A stretch of DNA of 64,000 bases from a bacterium (GTDB taxonomy: Bacteria > Patescibacteriota > Minisyncoccia > Phycocordibacterales > JAKAEA01), in assembly GCA_021785065.1 (NCBI GenBank), contig JAJYGQ010000003.1, positions 2,470 through 66,469 on the forward strand. Direction: 5' to 3'. Below are positions 1-9,262 of this stretch, piece by piece (the first letter of the stretch is position 1; every line of letters starts with the position of its first letter). Both the position numbers and the translations under genes were made by a program. A model generated the notes under the pieces. It saw only the letters and a program-made list of their open reading frames with translations. It had not been told where the DNA came from and searched no databases.

Positions 1-199
1 TAGTCGGCCCAATGTGTGCGTTTCCGATATTGCCAAACGTCTCCATGTCCCCATTGCCACCGTGTCTCACCACCTTCGGGTGCTGGCCAGGGTGGGGATA
101 GTCAAAGCACAGCGAGAGGGAAAAGAGGTATGCTATATGTTCAACGTTACCAGTCGTACGCGTGACCTTAAAAAATTTATTTGTAAGTATAAAAAATAA
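1..199 (+). CDS. ArsR/SmtB-family HTH transcriptional regulator, C-terminal part (5' end outside window)
   Basis: ORF open to window edge; wHTH-like segment AKRLHVPIATVSHHLRVLARVGIV typical of ArsR recognition helix. Confidence 0.55.
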   Translation, partial: SRPNVCVSDIAKRLHVPIATVSHHLRVLARVGIVKAQREGKEVCYMFNVTSRTRDLKKFICKYKK

Positions 200-204
200 A
201 ATGT

Positions 205-540
205 ATGTCAAAAGTTATTAATGCAACACAAGAAGATTTTAAAAAAGTAGTCTTAGAATCAACCACGCCGGTACTTGTCGACTTTTGGGCGCCGTGGTGC
301 GGACCGTGTCGGATGATGGCGCCGGTTCTCGATGAACTTTCCGTTGACTTGGCGGATAAACTTAAGATTGTGAAGGTAAATATTGAGGAGGCGGAAAATC
401 GCGCCCTTGCCCAGCAGTATCAGATCATGAGCATTCCTAATATGAAATTATTTGAAAAGGGAAGTGCGGTGCACGATTTTGTAGGGTTTCGTCCTAAAGA
501 AACACTACAAACGGAACTCAAGCAGTTTATTGCTGCGTAA
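205..540 (+). CDS. trxA: thioredoxin
   Basis: 111 aa, WCGPC active-site motif, thioredoxin length and layout. Confidence 0.9.
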   Translation: MSKVINATQEDFKKVVLESTTPVLVDFWAPWCGPCRMMAPVLDELSVDLADKLKIVKVNIEEAENRALAQQYQIMSIPNMKLFEKGSAVHDFVGFRPKETLQTELKQFIAA

Positions 541-578
541 GCGCCTGCTGTTTCAAAAAGCTGTGTTAGAATAACAGA

Positions 579-1052
579 GTGAATACTCGTCGTTTTCAAG
601 TGGTAAGTTTATTTATTCTCCGTCTCGTTATCGGCGTCTATTTTCTAAATTTTGGTCTCTCGGCGATGTGGACGCGAGGTTGGTCGCTCGCCGCACTCAT
701 CTCAGGTGGGCAAACTTTTACGGCCTTCTATCAAGGACTGGTCGCGTCATCGCTCTTGCCGCTTGTGGCACTTGTCGTGAAGATTGGTTTTCTTATTATT
801 GGCATAGCTCTTTTGGCCGGTATTTTTGTGCGCATTTCGTCATTGGTTGGTATCGTGCTCATGCTTTTTCTTTATTTTCCTACGCTCGCTTTTCCGTATG
901 TATGTGGTACGGGATCAACGGGGGTTTTGTGTGGTGATCCATCTCTGTATTTAGTAAACAATTACCTACTCGTCGCGGCCGCCCTCTTCATTCTCTTTAC
1001 ATTTAAAGCAGGAAAACATTTTAGCTTGGGAAGCATGTTCCACTTCTTTTAA
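579..1052 (+). CDS. DoxX-family integral membrane protein
   Basis: 157 aa, 4 predicted TM helices, N-terminal LRLxxG pattern typical of DoxX. Confidence 0.5.
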   Translation: MNTRRFQVVSLFILRLVIGVYFLNFGLSAMWTRGWSLAALISGGQTFTAFYQGLVASSLLPLVALVVKIGFLIIGIALLAGIFVRISSLVGIVLMLFLYFPTLAFPYVCGTGSTGVLCGDPSLYLVNNYLLVAAALFILFTFKAGKHFSLGSMFHFF

Positions 1053-1127
1053 TATTTCCTATTTTTCTATATAGTATAGGCAAACTATGAGCGATTTCAC
1101 TCGTAGTATAGATGAGTAATATTTTTC

Positions 1128-2045
1128 ATGCATAAGGTTCGCATTACAATATACATGAGTGTGCTCGGGCTTCTGTTAGCGGGAGCAATTATGGCTCATT
1201 TTGAAGGTACGTCGATTGAAGACGTGCTCGCCTATGCTATTTTACTAAGTCATCCCGCCAGTTTTTCTTCGGCGCCACTTTCTACTTCGACGGTATCAAC
1301 TGAAGTGATGGCTACGAGTACTACAGCTACTACCAGCCCGTTTGTTTTTAGTAATACTACTGATAAGTCAAATATTATTTCTGCGACAGCAATTATTGAT
1401 CTCACTAATATGGAACGTGCAACGGTAGCAAACCTGCCGCCGCTCAAAGAAAATGTGTTACTTGATGCGGCGGCAGAAATGAAGTTAAACGATATGTTTA
1501 ACAACCAATACTTTGCTCACATATCGCCAAGTGGGGTGGGGCCGGGCGACTTGGCTTTGAAGGCTGGTTATAATTATGTGGTAGAGGGAGAAAATTTAGC
1601 AGAAGGAGATTTTACTAGTGCAACAAATCTTTTAAATGCGTGGATGGCGAGTCCGGGTCATCGGGCAAATATTCTTAATGTCCGCTACATAAATATCGGT
1701 GTGGCGGTGCGCCAGGGTATGTATCAGGGGCAGGAGGTGTGGATGGCGGTGCAGGAATTTGGTAAACCACTTTCTTCATGTCCAGTTATTAGTGCGGTCC
1801 TGCATCAGGAAATCATTACCAACCAAACCAAAGCAACAAGCCTTAGTCAACAGCTCAATACTATTAAACAAGAGCTCATGACTACGGCTACCGGCACTCC
1901 CGAAGAGAATAGTGTCTATAATCAAATTGCCCAGGATTATAATGGTGATGTGACTATTTATAATGCTGTGGTGGCCCGTCTTAAAGTAGAGATTCCCACG
2001 TATAATGACGAAGTGCAGGCATTTAATGCTTGCGTTAATAGTTAG
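1128..2045 (+). CDS. CAP/SCP/PR1-domain secreted protein with N-terminal TM anchor and Ser/Thr-rich linker
   Basis: Motif NAWMASPGHRANIL...IGVAV matches the CAP domain (YkwD-like). Confidence 0.7.
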   Translation: MHKVRITIYMSVLGLLLAGAIMAHFEGTSIEDVLAYAILLSHPASFSSAPLSTSTVSTEVMATSTTATTSPFVFSNTTDKSNIISATAIIDLTNMERATVANLPPLKENVLLDAAAEMKLNDMFNNQYFAHISPSGVGPGDLALKAGYNYVVEGENLAEGDFTSATNLLNAWMASPGHRANILNVRYINIGVAVRQGMYQGQEVWMAVQEFGKPLSSCPVISAVLHQEIITNQTKATSLSQQLNTIKQELMTTATGTPEENSVYNQIAQDYNGDVTIYNAVVARLKVEIPTYNDEVQAFNACVNS

Positions 2046-2066
2046 CTCGTGTAAGAATCTTATCGT

Positions 2067-2528
2067 ATGCAAAATAAAACTATTATTGTCTTTATTATTA
2101 TTTTGGTTGTTATTGTGGTGGGTATCGTAGCACTTACGAGTCTCAAACCAAGCGGGCCTAACTTAACTGCGTTCGCGCAGTGTATTGCAAAGAGTGGCGC
2201 TAAGTTTTACGGCGCGTTTTGGTGTCCGCATTGTGCAGCACAAAAGCAACTTTTTGGTGCCGCGGTTTCTTCGTTACCCTATGTCGAATGTTCAACGCCT
2301 GATGCTAACGGGCAAACAAAAGTATGTATTAATGAGGGAATAAAAGAGTACCCCACATGGATTTTTGCCGATGGAACTCGCGAGAGTGGCGTGCTGACGC
2401 TTGCTCAATTATCGGCAAAAACAGGCTGTGCGTTGCCGCAGGCGGCATCATCTACTGCTCCCGCGACGTCGCTCGGGATTGGACAGGCGACTATTGTTGG
2501 ATCTTCCACCTCGACCACAACTCCATAG
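2067..2528 (+). CDS. DsbA-like thiol:disulfide oxidoreductase (thioredoxin fold, CPHC), membrane anchored
   Basis: N-terminal TM, FWCPHC active site, S/T-rich tail. Confidence 0.7.
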   Translation: MQNKTIIVFIIILVVIVVGIVALTSLKPSGPNLTAFAQCIAKSGAKFYGAFWCPHCAAQKQLFGAAVSSLPYVECSTPDANGQTKVCINEGIKEYPTWIFADGTRESGVLTLAQLSAKTGCALPQAASSTAPATSLGIGQATIVGSSTSTTTP

Positions 2529-2554
2529 TGCCATTACTATAAAAATATCACGAC

Positions 2555-3154
2555 GTGATAAATTTCATTATAACTTTCTTTTCGCTCAGTACGCTCGTCG
2601 TCGATATAGCCATTGTGCTTTTTGTGGTGTGGTTGGGAGTGTGGTATCTAGGGTGGCGTTGGAATAGGGGAATGCAAGAATCTTCTCAAGCAGTTGATGC
2701 TCGAGTAGTTGAGCCGTTTCGTCCACTTGTGCGCTGGGTGAGCATTAATGCTGTGGGAATTGGTTTAATCGTCAGTGTACTTGCTGTTGTAGGCAGCCTC
2801 TTTTTCTCAAATGTTGTTGGTTTTGCTCCTTGTGAGCTTTGTTGGTGGCAACGAATTTGTATCTATCCGCAAGTAGTTATTTTTGCGTTGGCATTTTTCT
2901 ATGAATGTCGCGGTAAAGCTTTAGGGCCGGTATTTTCTATAAGCGGCGTGCTCTCATTGATTGCATTTGCCATTGGTGCCGTCCAATACTATAGCGCAAC
3001 ATTTAATACGAGTATTTTAGCAGCGTGCAGTGCGACGGGAGTTTCGTGTACAAAAACTTATTTTGTACAATTTGGGTATATCACTATTCCTATGATGTCA
3101 GTAACGTTGGCGGCTATACTACTTAGTATTGTTGCTGCACGTCGCTTCTCGTAA
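2555..3154 (+). CDS. disulfide bond formation protein B (DsbB/BdbC-like)
   Basis: Polytopic membrane protein with CELCWWQRICIYP (CxxC-QR-Y motif of DsbB) and a second Cys pair. Confidence 0.65.
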   Translation: MINFIITFFSLSTLVVDIAIVLFVVWLGVWYLGWRWNRGMQESSQAVDARVVEPFRPLVRWVSINAVGIGLIVSVLAVVGSLFFSNVVGFAPCELCWWQRICIYPQVVIFALAFFYECRGKALGPVFSISGVLSLIAFAIGAVQYYSATFNTSILAACSATGVSCTKTYFVQFGYITIPMMSVTLAAILLSIVAARRFS

Positions 3155-3776
3155 TGTAATGTCGTTACTGCTTTCTTTTATTTTGACCTTTGGTTACGTC
3201 GGTATTTTTATTGTCCTTTTTGCTGAGTCGGGATTTTTTTTAGGATTTTTCTTTCCGGGTGATTCATTACTTTTTACCGTTGGCTTGTTGGCGAGTGCCG
3301 GCCACCTCAGTCTCGCGGTCCTCCTGCCGGTGGCGGCGCTCGCCGCCATCTCTGGCGACTCATTTGGCTACTGGACCGGCGCGCGTCTCGGACGGTATTT
3401 TCTAGAACGTCATACTGGCCGGTTTCTCAAGCAGCGTTATCTCGACGACACCGAGAAATTCTTTGCTCGGTATGGTCGGGTGGCGGTGTTTCTTGCTCGT
3501 TTCATTCCCATTATCAGAACTTTTACCCCCATTTTCGCCGGTATTGGTGAAATGAACTACGGTATTTTTGTCATATATAATATTGTTGGTGGCTTATTTT
3601 GGACGGCTGGCTTACTGGTCCTTTCCTACTACCTTGGTCACATCTCGTTCGTACGGCACTACACATCATTTATTATTGCCGGTATCATAGTTGTATCACT
3701 CATTCCCGTTGCTCTCAGTTGGTTTCGAGTTTGGCGTCAGTACAAGCAAAAAAATCAATCACATGGACAACAATAA
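3129..3776 (+). CDS. DedA/TVP38-family membrane protein
   Basis: FFPGDSLLFTVGLLA ... typical DedA signature, multiple TM helices. Confidence 0.75.
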   Translation: MLLHVASRNVMSLLLSFILTFGYVGIFIVLFAESGFFLGFFFPGDSLLFTVGLLASAGHLSLAVLLPVAALAAISGDSFGYWTGARLGRYFLERHTGRFLKQRYLDDTEKFFARYGRVAVFLARFIPIIRTFTPIFAGIGEMNYGIFVIYNIVGGLFWTAGLLVLSYYLGHISFVRHYTSFIIAGIIVVSLIPVALSWFRVWRQYKQKNQSHGQQ

Positions 3777-4263
3777 CGCTCCTCAAAAATCGACCCGGGC
3801 TATTATATGGACAATAATTATTGTTCTTGTTGTAGTGGCGGCTATTTTTGCGGTACTGGTTAGTACGGGGGTACTTACTATTAACCATTCGTCGCCGGCC
3901 GCGCCAACAATCTCTCATTCTGTCTCAATGCCGAAGCAGGTTGCCACGCCATCTGCCCAAGCGAAACTTTCTCAGTGTCAAAGTGAGCTTGTAGCTCAGG
4001 CGAAAGCGAGTGCTGGCTCTATTGCTACAAATACTATTTTAGTAGTATTTACGCCAACGACGAGTTATAGTGCAGCGCAAAATATTTTAGCCTCTCTCGG
4101 CGCTTCGAGTACTGCCGTGGTAATGCCGAGCGTGTACGCGCGCAATCATCTCATTCAAGCGTCAGTGCTTTCTACCGATGAAATTTTAGATATTTGCACC
4201 CTTCGAGCAACTTCGACCGTACATTATGCAGGTTTCGACCAGCTTTTTTCATTACACCCATAA
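3763..4263 (+). CDS. hypothetical membrane-anchored protein
   Basis: ORF with internal start MDNNNAPQ followed by one TM helix; no recognisable domain. Confidence 0.4.
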   Translation: MDNNNAPQKSTRAIIWTIIIVLVVVAAIFAVLVSTGVLTINHSSPAAPTISHSVSMPKQVATPSAQAKLSQCQSELVAQAKASAGSIATNTILVVFTPTTSYSAAQNILASLGASSTAVVMPSVYARNHLIQASVLSTDEILDICTLRATSTVHYAGFDQLFSLHP

Positions 4264-4285
4264 TTTTTCTTAATCTATAAAAAAT

Positions 4286-5557
4286 ATGGACGAACAACAA
4301 AATATTCCCTCTCAAAATTTACCAACCAAACCACGTCAGCCTTTTTTCACACCTCGATTTTGGGCGATACTAGGTAGTAATGCCCTCGTAACGCTTATTA
4401 TTTTAGGCGCTATTGCCGGTATACTCTATGCTAAACGCGCCGCTATTGAAAACTATATTCATCCAGCTGCTACACCGCTTTCTCTAGCACAGGGCCATGA
4501 TCAAGCGGTGATAGCCGCTGTAAAAGAGGCTAATCCCGCGGTGGTTTCAATTATTATCACCAAGAATGTGCCGATAATGAAAGAGTATATACAAAATGAA
4601 CAAATTCCCAGTCCGTTTGGACTTTTTGGCAACGGCAGTTTCTCTATTCAGGTGCCGCAATACTATCAAGATGGCACACAACAACAACAAGTAGGTGGCG
4701 GATCAGGATTTTTTGTCTCATCTAATGGTCTTATCGTGACCAACGATCACGTGGTGTCCGATCCTAATGCCCAGTACACGGTCTATACCAATGATGGCCA
4801 GGAGCATACCGCTAAAGTAATAGCGCAAGACGCAACCGACGACATTGCATTTCTTAAAATTTCGGGTACTGGCTATCCGTATCTTACTTTCGATAATTCA
4901 AGCGCGTTGCAGCTTGGTCAGAGCGTGATCGCTATTGGTAATGCACTCGGTCAGTTTCGTAATACTGTTTCTGTGGGAGTTGTGTCCGGTCTCTCTCGTT
5001 CTATTGTGGCTGGTGATGTTGTTACTGGTGGCACGGAGTCATTGCCGCAAGTGATTCAAACTGATGCCGCTATCAACCCCGGTAATTCCGGCGGCCCACT
5101 TCTCGATCTTTTGGGTAAAGTGGTTGGTGTTAACGTCGCGGTAGCGCAGGGTTCGCAGGGTATTGGTTTTGCTCTTCCAGGAAATATGATCAAAGAAGCG
5201 GTGGCTTCGGTAGAAGCAAATGGTACGATAACCTTCCCGTTTCTTGGTGTGCGCTATATACCGATTACACCAACAGTGGCAAAAGATAAAAAACTTTCTG
5301 TAACCTATGGGGCCTTAATTGCCGCGGGAAGTGGTACGAGTCAACCGGCCGTTGTTGTTGGTTCGCCGGCGGCTAAAGCTGGTTTAGTAGCTGGTGATAT
5401 CATCTTAGATTTTAATGGTACGAAGTTGACTAATGACAATAATCTTACCGATCTCGTGCGGGCGCAAAAAGTTGGCGCTGTTGCGACCTTGACGGTGTTG
5501 CATAATGGCAAGCAAGAAACTGTTACAGTAACGCTCGGTAAAAAAGTAGAACACTAA
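4286..5557 (+). CDS. htrA: HtrA/DegP-family serine protease with PDZ domain
   Basis: Trypsin-like motifs (TNDHVV, GNSGGPL), C-terminal PDZ-like region, N-terminal TM. Confidence 0.85.
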   Translation: MDEQQNIPSQNLPTKPRQPFFTPRFWAILGSNALVTLIILGAIAGILYAKRAAIENYIHPAATPLSLAQGHDQAVIAAVKEANPAVVSIIITKNVPIMKEYIQNEQIPSPFGLFGNGSFSIQVPQYYQDGTQQQQVGGGSGFFVSSNGLIVTNDHVVSDPNAQYTVYTNDGQEHTAKVIAQDATDDIAFLKISGTGYPYLTFDNSSALQLGQSVIAIGNALGQFRNTVSVGVVSGLSRSIVAGDVVTGGTESLPQVIQTDAAINPGNSGGPLLDLLGKVVGVNVAVAQGSQGIGFALPGNMIKEAVASVEANGTITFPFLGVRYIPITPTVAKDKKLSVTYGALIAAGSGTSQPAVVVGSPAAKAGLVAGDIILDFNGTKLTNDNNLTDLVRAQKVGAVATLTVLHNGKQETVTVTLGKKVEH

Positions 5558-5593
5558 TTTTTGTGGTGAATTGTATATACTAGGTATATTGCT

Positions 5594-6457
5594 ATGGATA
5601 CACAGATAGTAAGTACATCAACTCAGGATGATTATGAACTCATCGATAGTGGGGAGGGAGAGAAGCTGGAACGGTTTGGAGAAATTGTGTTAGCTCGGCC
5701 AGATCCGCAGGCGCTCTGGCCGAAACGTTTGACTGCGGAGTGGGATCGTGCCACTGGTATTTTTAATGCCCACGAGCGTCAGTGGAAATTGAAAGCGGGT
5801 ATACCGCGGCAGTGGCCAATTACCTTTGCAGGTGCAAAATTTTTAATTCGGCCATCGGCCTTTAAGCACACAGGTCTCTTTCCTGAGCAGCGACCCAACT
5901 GGGAATGGATTTCGGAGAATATAAACGCGGCCGGTAAGCGCGATGTTTCCGTTTTGAATTTATTTGGCTATACCGGTGGAGCGACGCTCGCGGCGGCGCG
6001 AGCGGGTGCTGAGGTAACGCACCTTGATGGTTCGCGAGCGGCTATTGGGTGGGCGCGCGAGAATGCTGCCCTTTCCGATCTTGCTCGCGCCCCCATCCGC
6101 TGGATTCTTGATGATGCGCGAAGTTTTGTGCGGCGAGAAATTCGGCGTGGGCGACGCTACGACGGCATCATTCTCGACCCACCGGCATTTGGCCGCGGCC
6201 CGAAAGGGGAGGTTTGGAAAATTGAGGACGATTTTTTACAATTACTCGACTTGTGTCGCCAAGCTCTGTCTCCGCAGCCGCTATTCTTTTTGGTGAATGG
6301 CTATGCTGCCGGCTACTCGGCGATTTCTTATGCGAATGCTGTGGCTGGGTTGTTCCCGGATGGCACTATTACAGCGGGGGAGTTAGCCCTTACCGAATCG
6401 GGGCCAGCCGGCCGGCTCTTGCCGGCCGGCATCTTTAGTCGAGTATCGTGGCTATAA
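5594..6457 (+). CDS. class I SAM-dependent (rRNA) methyltransferase, RlmI/YwbD-like
   Basis: LNLFGYTGGATLAAARAGAEVTHLDGS Rossmann SAM-binding motif; DPPAF motif. Confidence 0.7.
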   Translation: MDTQIVSTSTQDDYELIDSGEGEKLERFGEIVLARPDPQALWPKRLTAEWDRATGIFNAHERQWKLKAGIPRQWPITFAGAKFLIRPSAFKHTGLFPEQRPNWEWISENINAAGKRDVSVLNLFGYTGGATLAAARAGAEVTHLDGSRAAIGWARENAALSDLARAPIRWILDDARSFVRREIRRGRRYDGIILDPPAFGRGPKGEVWKIEDDFLQLLDLCRQALSPQPLFFLVNGYAAGYSAISYANAVAGLFPDGTITAGELALTESGPAGRLLPAGIFSRVSWL

Positions 6458-6510
6458 GACCGGAGCATATTTTATGGTATACTACCTCCATACTAAGCTA
6501 AAGAATCATT

Positions 6511-7290
6511 ATGGAAATCTTTGCTAACAAAACTATTCGCACCGCACTCCTCATCCTGATGGTGTCTGCTTCACTTGCGCTTCTCGCTACGGCTGTCAAC
6601 TTGTTTTCTCAAGTGGGTGCACCATCTGATATTAACAAAATTCCTACCATTGCTGTTTCTGGTACTGGTAAGGCAACAGCTATTCCTGATGTCGCCGAAT
6701 TTTCTTTTACGGTAGATAAGACAGCGGCTACTGTCGCGGCAGCACAAAACGCGGCAAGCACCCTGACCAATAGAGCACTCACCACGCTTCAAAATGCTGG
6801 TGTTTCTAAAAATGATTTACAGACCACCAACTATTCTATCTCACCCCACTATACTTATAGTGCGCAACCGACAATTTGTCCTGTTGGTGGCTGCCCGCCA
6901 GTTCGCCAAGTGCTTGACGGCTATGAAGTATCCCAAACTATTAACGTAAAAGTAGAAACCGCCTCCACTACTGGCGCATTACTTCAAACGATTGGTCAGA
7001 TGGGTATTACTCAGGTGAGCGGCATTACCTTTACTGAAAATAATCCCCACACTGCCCAAGATGAGGCGCGAGCAAAAGCAATTGCTGATGCTGAGCAAAA
7101 AGCCCAAACACTAGCAAGTCAGCTCGGTGTACGTCTCGTGCGCATTGTCAGTTTCCAGGAATCAAATAATACTCCGCAGCCGATCTATCAGATGGCCACT
7201 TTTGCTACAGCCGCGTCAGCTGCCCCCTCTATTCCTACTGGTGAAAATACAGTGACTGAAAACGTTACTATTACCTACGAAATCGAGTAG
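6511..7290 (+). CDS. SIMPL-domain (DUF541) periplasmic protein
   Basis: Signal/TM then VSGTGKATAIPDVAEFSFTV pattern typical of SIMPL/26 kDa periplasmic immunogenic protein family. Confidence 0.6.
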   Translation: MEIFANKTIRTALLILMVSASLALLATAVNLFSQVGAPSDINKIPTIAVSGTGKATAIPDVAEFSFTVDKTAATVAAAQNAASTLTNRALTTLQNAGVSKNDLQTTNYSISPHYTYSAQPTICPVGGCPPVRQVLDGYEVSQTINVKVETASTTGALLQTIGQMGITQVSGITFTENNPHTAQDEARAKAIADAEQKAQTLASQLGVRLVRIVSFQESNNTPQPIYQMATFATAASAAPSIPTGENTVTENVTITYEIE

Positions 7291-7368
7291 TGATTGACAA
7301 TTTTTCTGAAGGTGCTACCATATTCGCAAGCGCCCGCGGGGCGGTTTTTAATAACAAAAATAACATCT

Positions 7369-7554
7369 ATGGGACTCGGAACATTTCTTAAGGAAACACA
7401 AGCTGAATTAAAACACGTCTCCTGGTTAACGCGCCGGCAAGCTATTATCTATACCACCATTGTGATTGCTATAACACTTGGTGTTGCTGCGTATCTCGGC
7501 GCGCTCGACTATATCTTTTCCAAAGCATTGCAATTTTTATTCGCCCATTTTTAA
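7369..7554 (+). CDS. secE: preprotein translocase subunit SecE
   Basis: 62 aa, FLKETQAELKHVSWLTRRQ + single TM helix, directly upstream of nusG. Confidence 0.8.
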   Translation: MGLGTFLKETQAELKHVSWLTRRQAIIYTTIVIAITLGVAAYLGALDYIFSKALQFLFAHF

Positions 7555-7563
7555 ACGTTCGTT

Positions 7564-8109
7564 ATGTCAAAACAAACTATCGGTGAAGGCCGAAACTGGT
7601 ACGTTATTCACACCTATGCTGGTTATGAAAATGCCGTAGCTCGCAACCTACGTCAACGCATTGAATCGCTCAACATGCAGGATAAGATTTTTAACGTTAT
7701 CGTGCCGACGGAAAAGAAAATTAAAGTAAAAGCGGGGAAGCGTACTGAAGAAGAAGAAAAAATATATCCTGGTTACATTATGGTGGAAATGGTTGTTACT
7801 GACGATAGTTGGTATGTGGTGCGCAACACCCCGCGTGTAACCGGTTTCGTTGGCTCTGGCGTCTATCCGGTACCTATTCCTAAATCAGAAGTGGAATCGC
7901 TCTTTGCTCGTATGAATGCTGATACACCGAAGCACGCTATCAATCTCGACATTGATGACCATGTCACTATCGTCGACGGTCCCTTCAAAGAGCTTGAAGG
8001 CCGGGTTAATGAAGTTGATGAAGAACGCGGTAAAATAAAAGTGCTGGTAAATATGTTTGGTCGCGAAACACCCGTGGAATTAGACTTCTTGCAAGTAAAG
8101 AAAATTTAA
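7564..8109 (+). CDS. nusG: transcription termination/antitermination factor NusG
   Basis: NWYVIHTYAGYEN NGN domain plus C-terminal KOW. Confidence 0.9.
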   Translation: MSKQTIGEGRNWYVIHTYAGYENAVARNLRQRIESLNMQDKIFNVIVPTEKKIKVKAGKRTEEEEKIYPGYIMVEMVVTDDSWYVVRNTPRVTGFVGSGVYPVPIPKSEVESLFARMNADTPKHAINLDIDDHVTIVDGPFKELEGRVNEVDEERGKIKVLVNMFGRETPVELDFLQVKKI

Positions 8110-8135
8110 GGTAGGCTGCTTGAGCAACAACTATT

Positions 8136-8558
8136 ATGGCTAAAAAAATCGTTAAACAATTAAAGCTTCAAATTCCAGGCGGTAAAGCTGTTCCTGGTCA
8201 ACAGCTCGGTCCGGCACTCGGCTCGGCGGGTATTAATATCGGTGAATTCGTAAAGCGTTTTAATGATGAAACGAAGGGACGTGTTGGCGAAACGGTGCCG
8301 ACAATCGTCTCTGTCTATGATGATCGCAGCTACTCACTCGCCTATAAAGTAGAACCCGCTTCAGCCCTTATCTTGAAAGCAATGGGCAAAGAAAAAGGTT
8401 CTGGTAAACCCAATACTGCTAAAATCGGCTCCATCACCAAAGCTCAGGCAAAAGAAATTGCTGAAAAGAAAATGCCTGATCTGAACGCCGCCTCAATCGA
8501 CGCCGCGGTACGTATCATCGAAGGCCAAGCCCGCTCTATGGGCGTGGAAGTAAAATAG
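8136..8558 (+). CDS. rplK: 50S ribosomal protein L11
   Basis: MAKKIVKQLKLQIPGGKAVPGQQLGPALG diagnostic of L11. Confidence 0.95.
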   Translation: MAKKIVKQLKLQIPGGKAVPGQQLGPALGSAGINIGEFVKRFNDETKGRVGETVPTIVSVYDDRSYSLAYKVEPASALILKAMGKEKGSGKPNTAKIGSITKAQAKEIAEKKMPDLNAASIDAAVRIIEGQARSMGVEVK

Positions 8559-8588
8559 TTTTTTCTAGGAAATTTTTCAAAAATAGTT

Positions 8589-8617
8589 TTGACACCAGCC
8601 GCTCGCGGGTGTACAAC
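8589..8617 (+). promoter_or_regulatory. sigma70-like promoter (TTGACA-17-TACAAC) for the downstream ORF
   Basis: Hexamers read directly; followed by AAAGGAG Shine-Dalgarno and ATG at 8660. Confidence 0.5.
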
Positions 8618-8659
8618 TACAACAGAAATCACAGTTCTTTTACAAGAAAGGAGTTTTGT

Positions 8660-9175
8660 ATGGCCGGTATTGATCCCAAAGAATTGTATGAGTGGTTTCA
8701 AAGAAAAGAATCACAACTTCTACATTACGAACATCTCACGAAGCGTTCTCAGACGTATCAACCTACAGAATCACGCCTTACCCGTGTAATGCATCGAATG
8801 TTCTGGGAATCGTTTTTTTCTACCTTTCAGGATCGGTTGCCTGGTATGTGTATAGAGTGGTACAAGGACGAAAAAAAATGTTTTGGTGAGAATAAGTTTC
8901 CTTGTGTTGTTACTACACGTTATTCTGGGATATGTGATCAGGTGCATTTTTGTTTGAGAGATGATCAAATCCAAATCAATTTTGATCAGGTTGCAATCTA
9001 CGGGTTATTTGGCGGCAATCAATGGTCTCTCTGTAAACCTGAGAGCATCACCCTCTCTTTTGCTCATTGTTTGTTTAATTGTGACGAAAGGAAAATTCAC
9101 TGCCTTGCGATTGGTGGAAATAGAAAATTTTTTACTATTTTCACTGATGGTTTGTGGCTTGGTGTTTTTAAGTAA
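8660..9175 (+). CDS. hypothetical Cys-rich protein (occupies the position normally held by rplA)
   Basis: Strong SD plus ATG; 171 aa with about 10 Cys; no recognisable family. Confidence 0.45.
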   Translation: MAGIDPKELYEWFQRKESQLLHYEHLTKRSQTYQPTESRLTRVMHRMFWESFFSTFQDRLPGMCIEWYKDEKKCFGENKFPCVVTTRYSGICDQVHFCLRDDQIQINFDQVAIYGLFGGNQWSLCKPESITLSFAHCLFNCDERKIHCLAIGGNRKFFTIFTDGLWLGVFK

Positions 9176-9192
9176 TGTCCAAATTTTTAAAA

Positions 9193-9225
9193 CCCCGCAT
9201 ATGGTGCGGGGTTTTACTTTTTTCG
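9193..9225 (+). terminator. rho-independent terminator
   Basis: CCCCGCA-tatgg-TGCGGGG hairpin followed by TTTTACTTTTTT. Confidence 0.75.
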
Positions 9226-9262
9226 ATTTATTTTTTATGATGGCGATATCGAAACATATCGT

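Noticed and set aside
668-937. 89-aa alternative-frame ORF within the DoxX gene
   Set aside because: It overlaps a membrane-protein ORF with a coherent TM pattern and has an Arg/Cys-rich composition typical of out-of-frame translation.
7291-7368. tRNA-Trp expected upstream of secE
   Set aside because: The 78-nt spacer has no cloverleaf-compatible sequence. It contains only a weak promoter-like TTGACA and a short GC hairpin.
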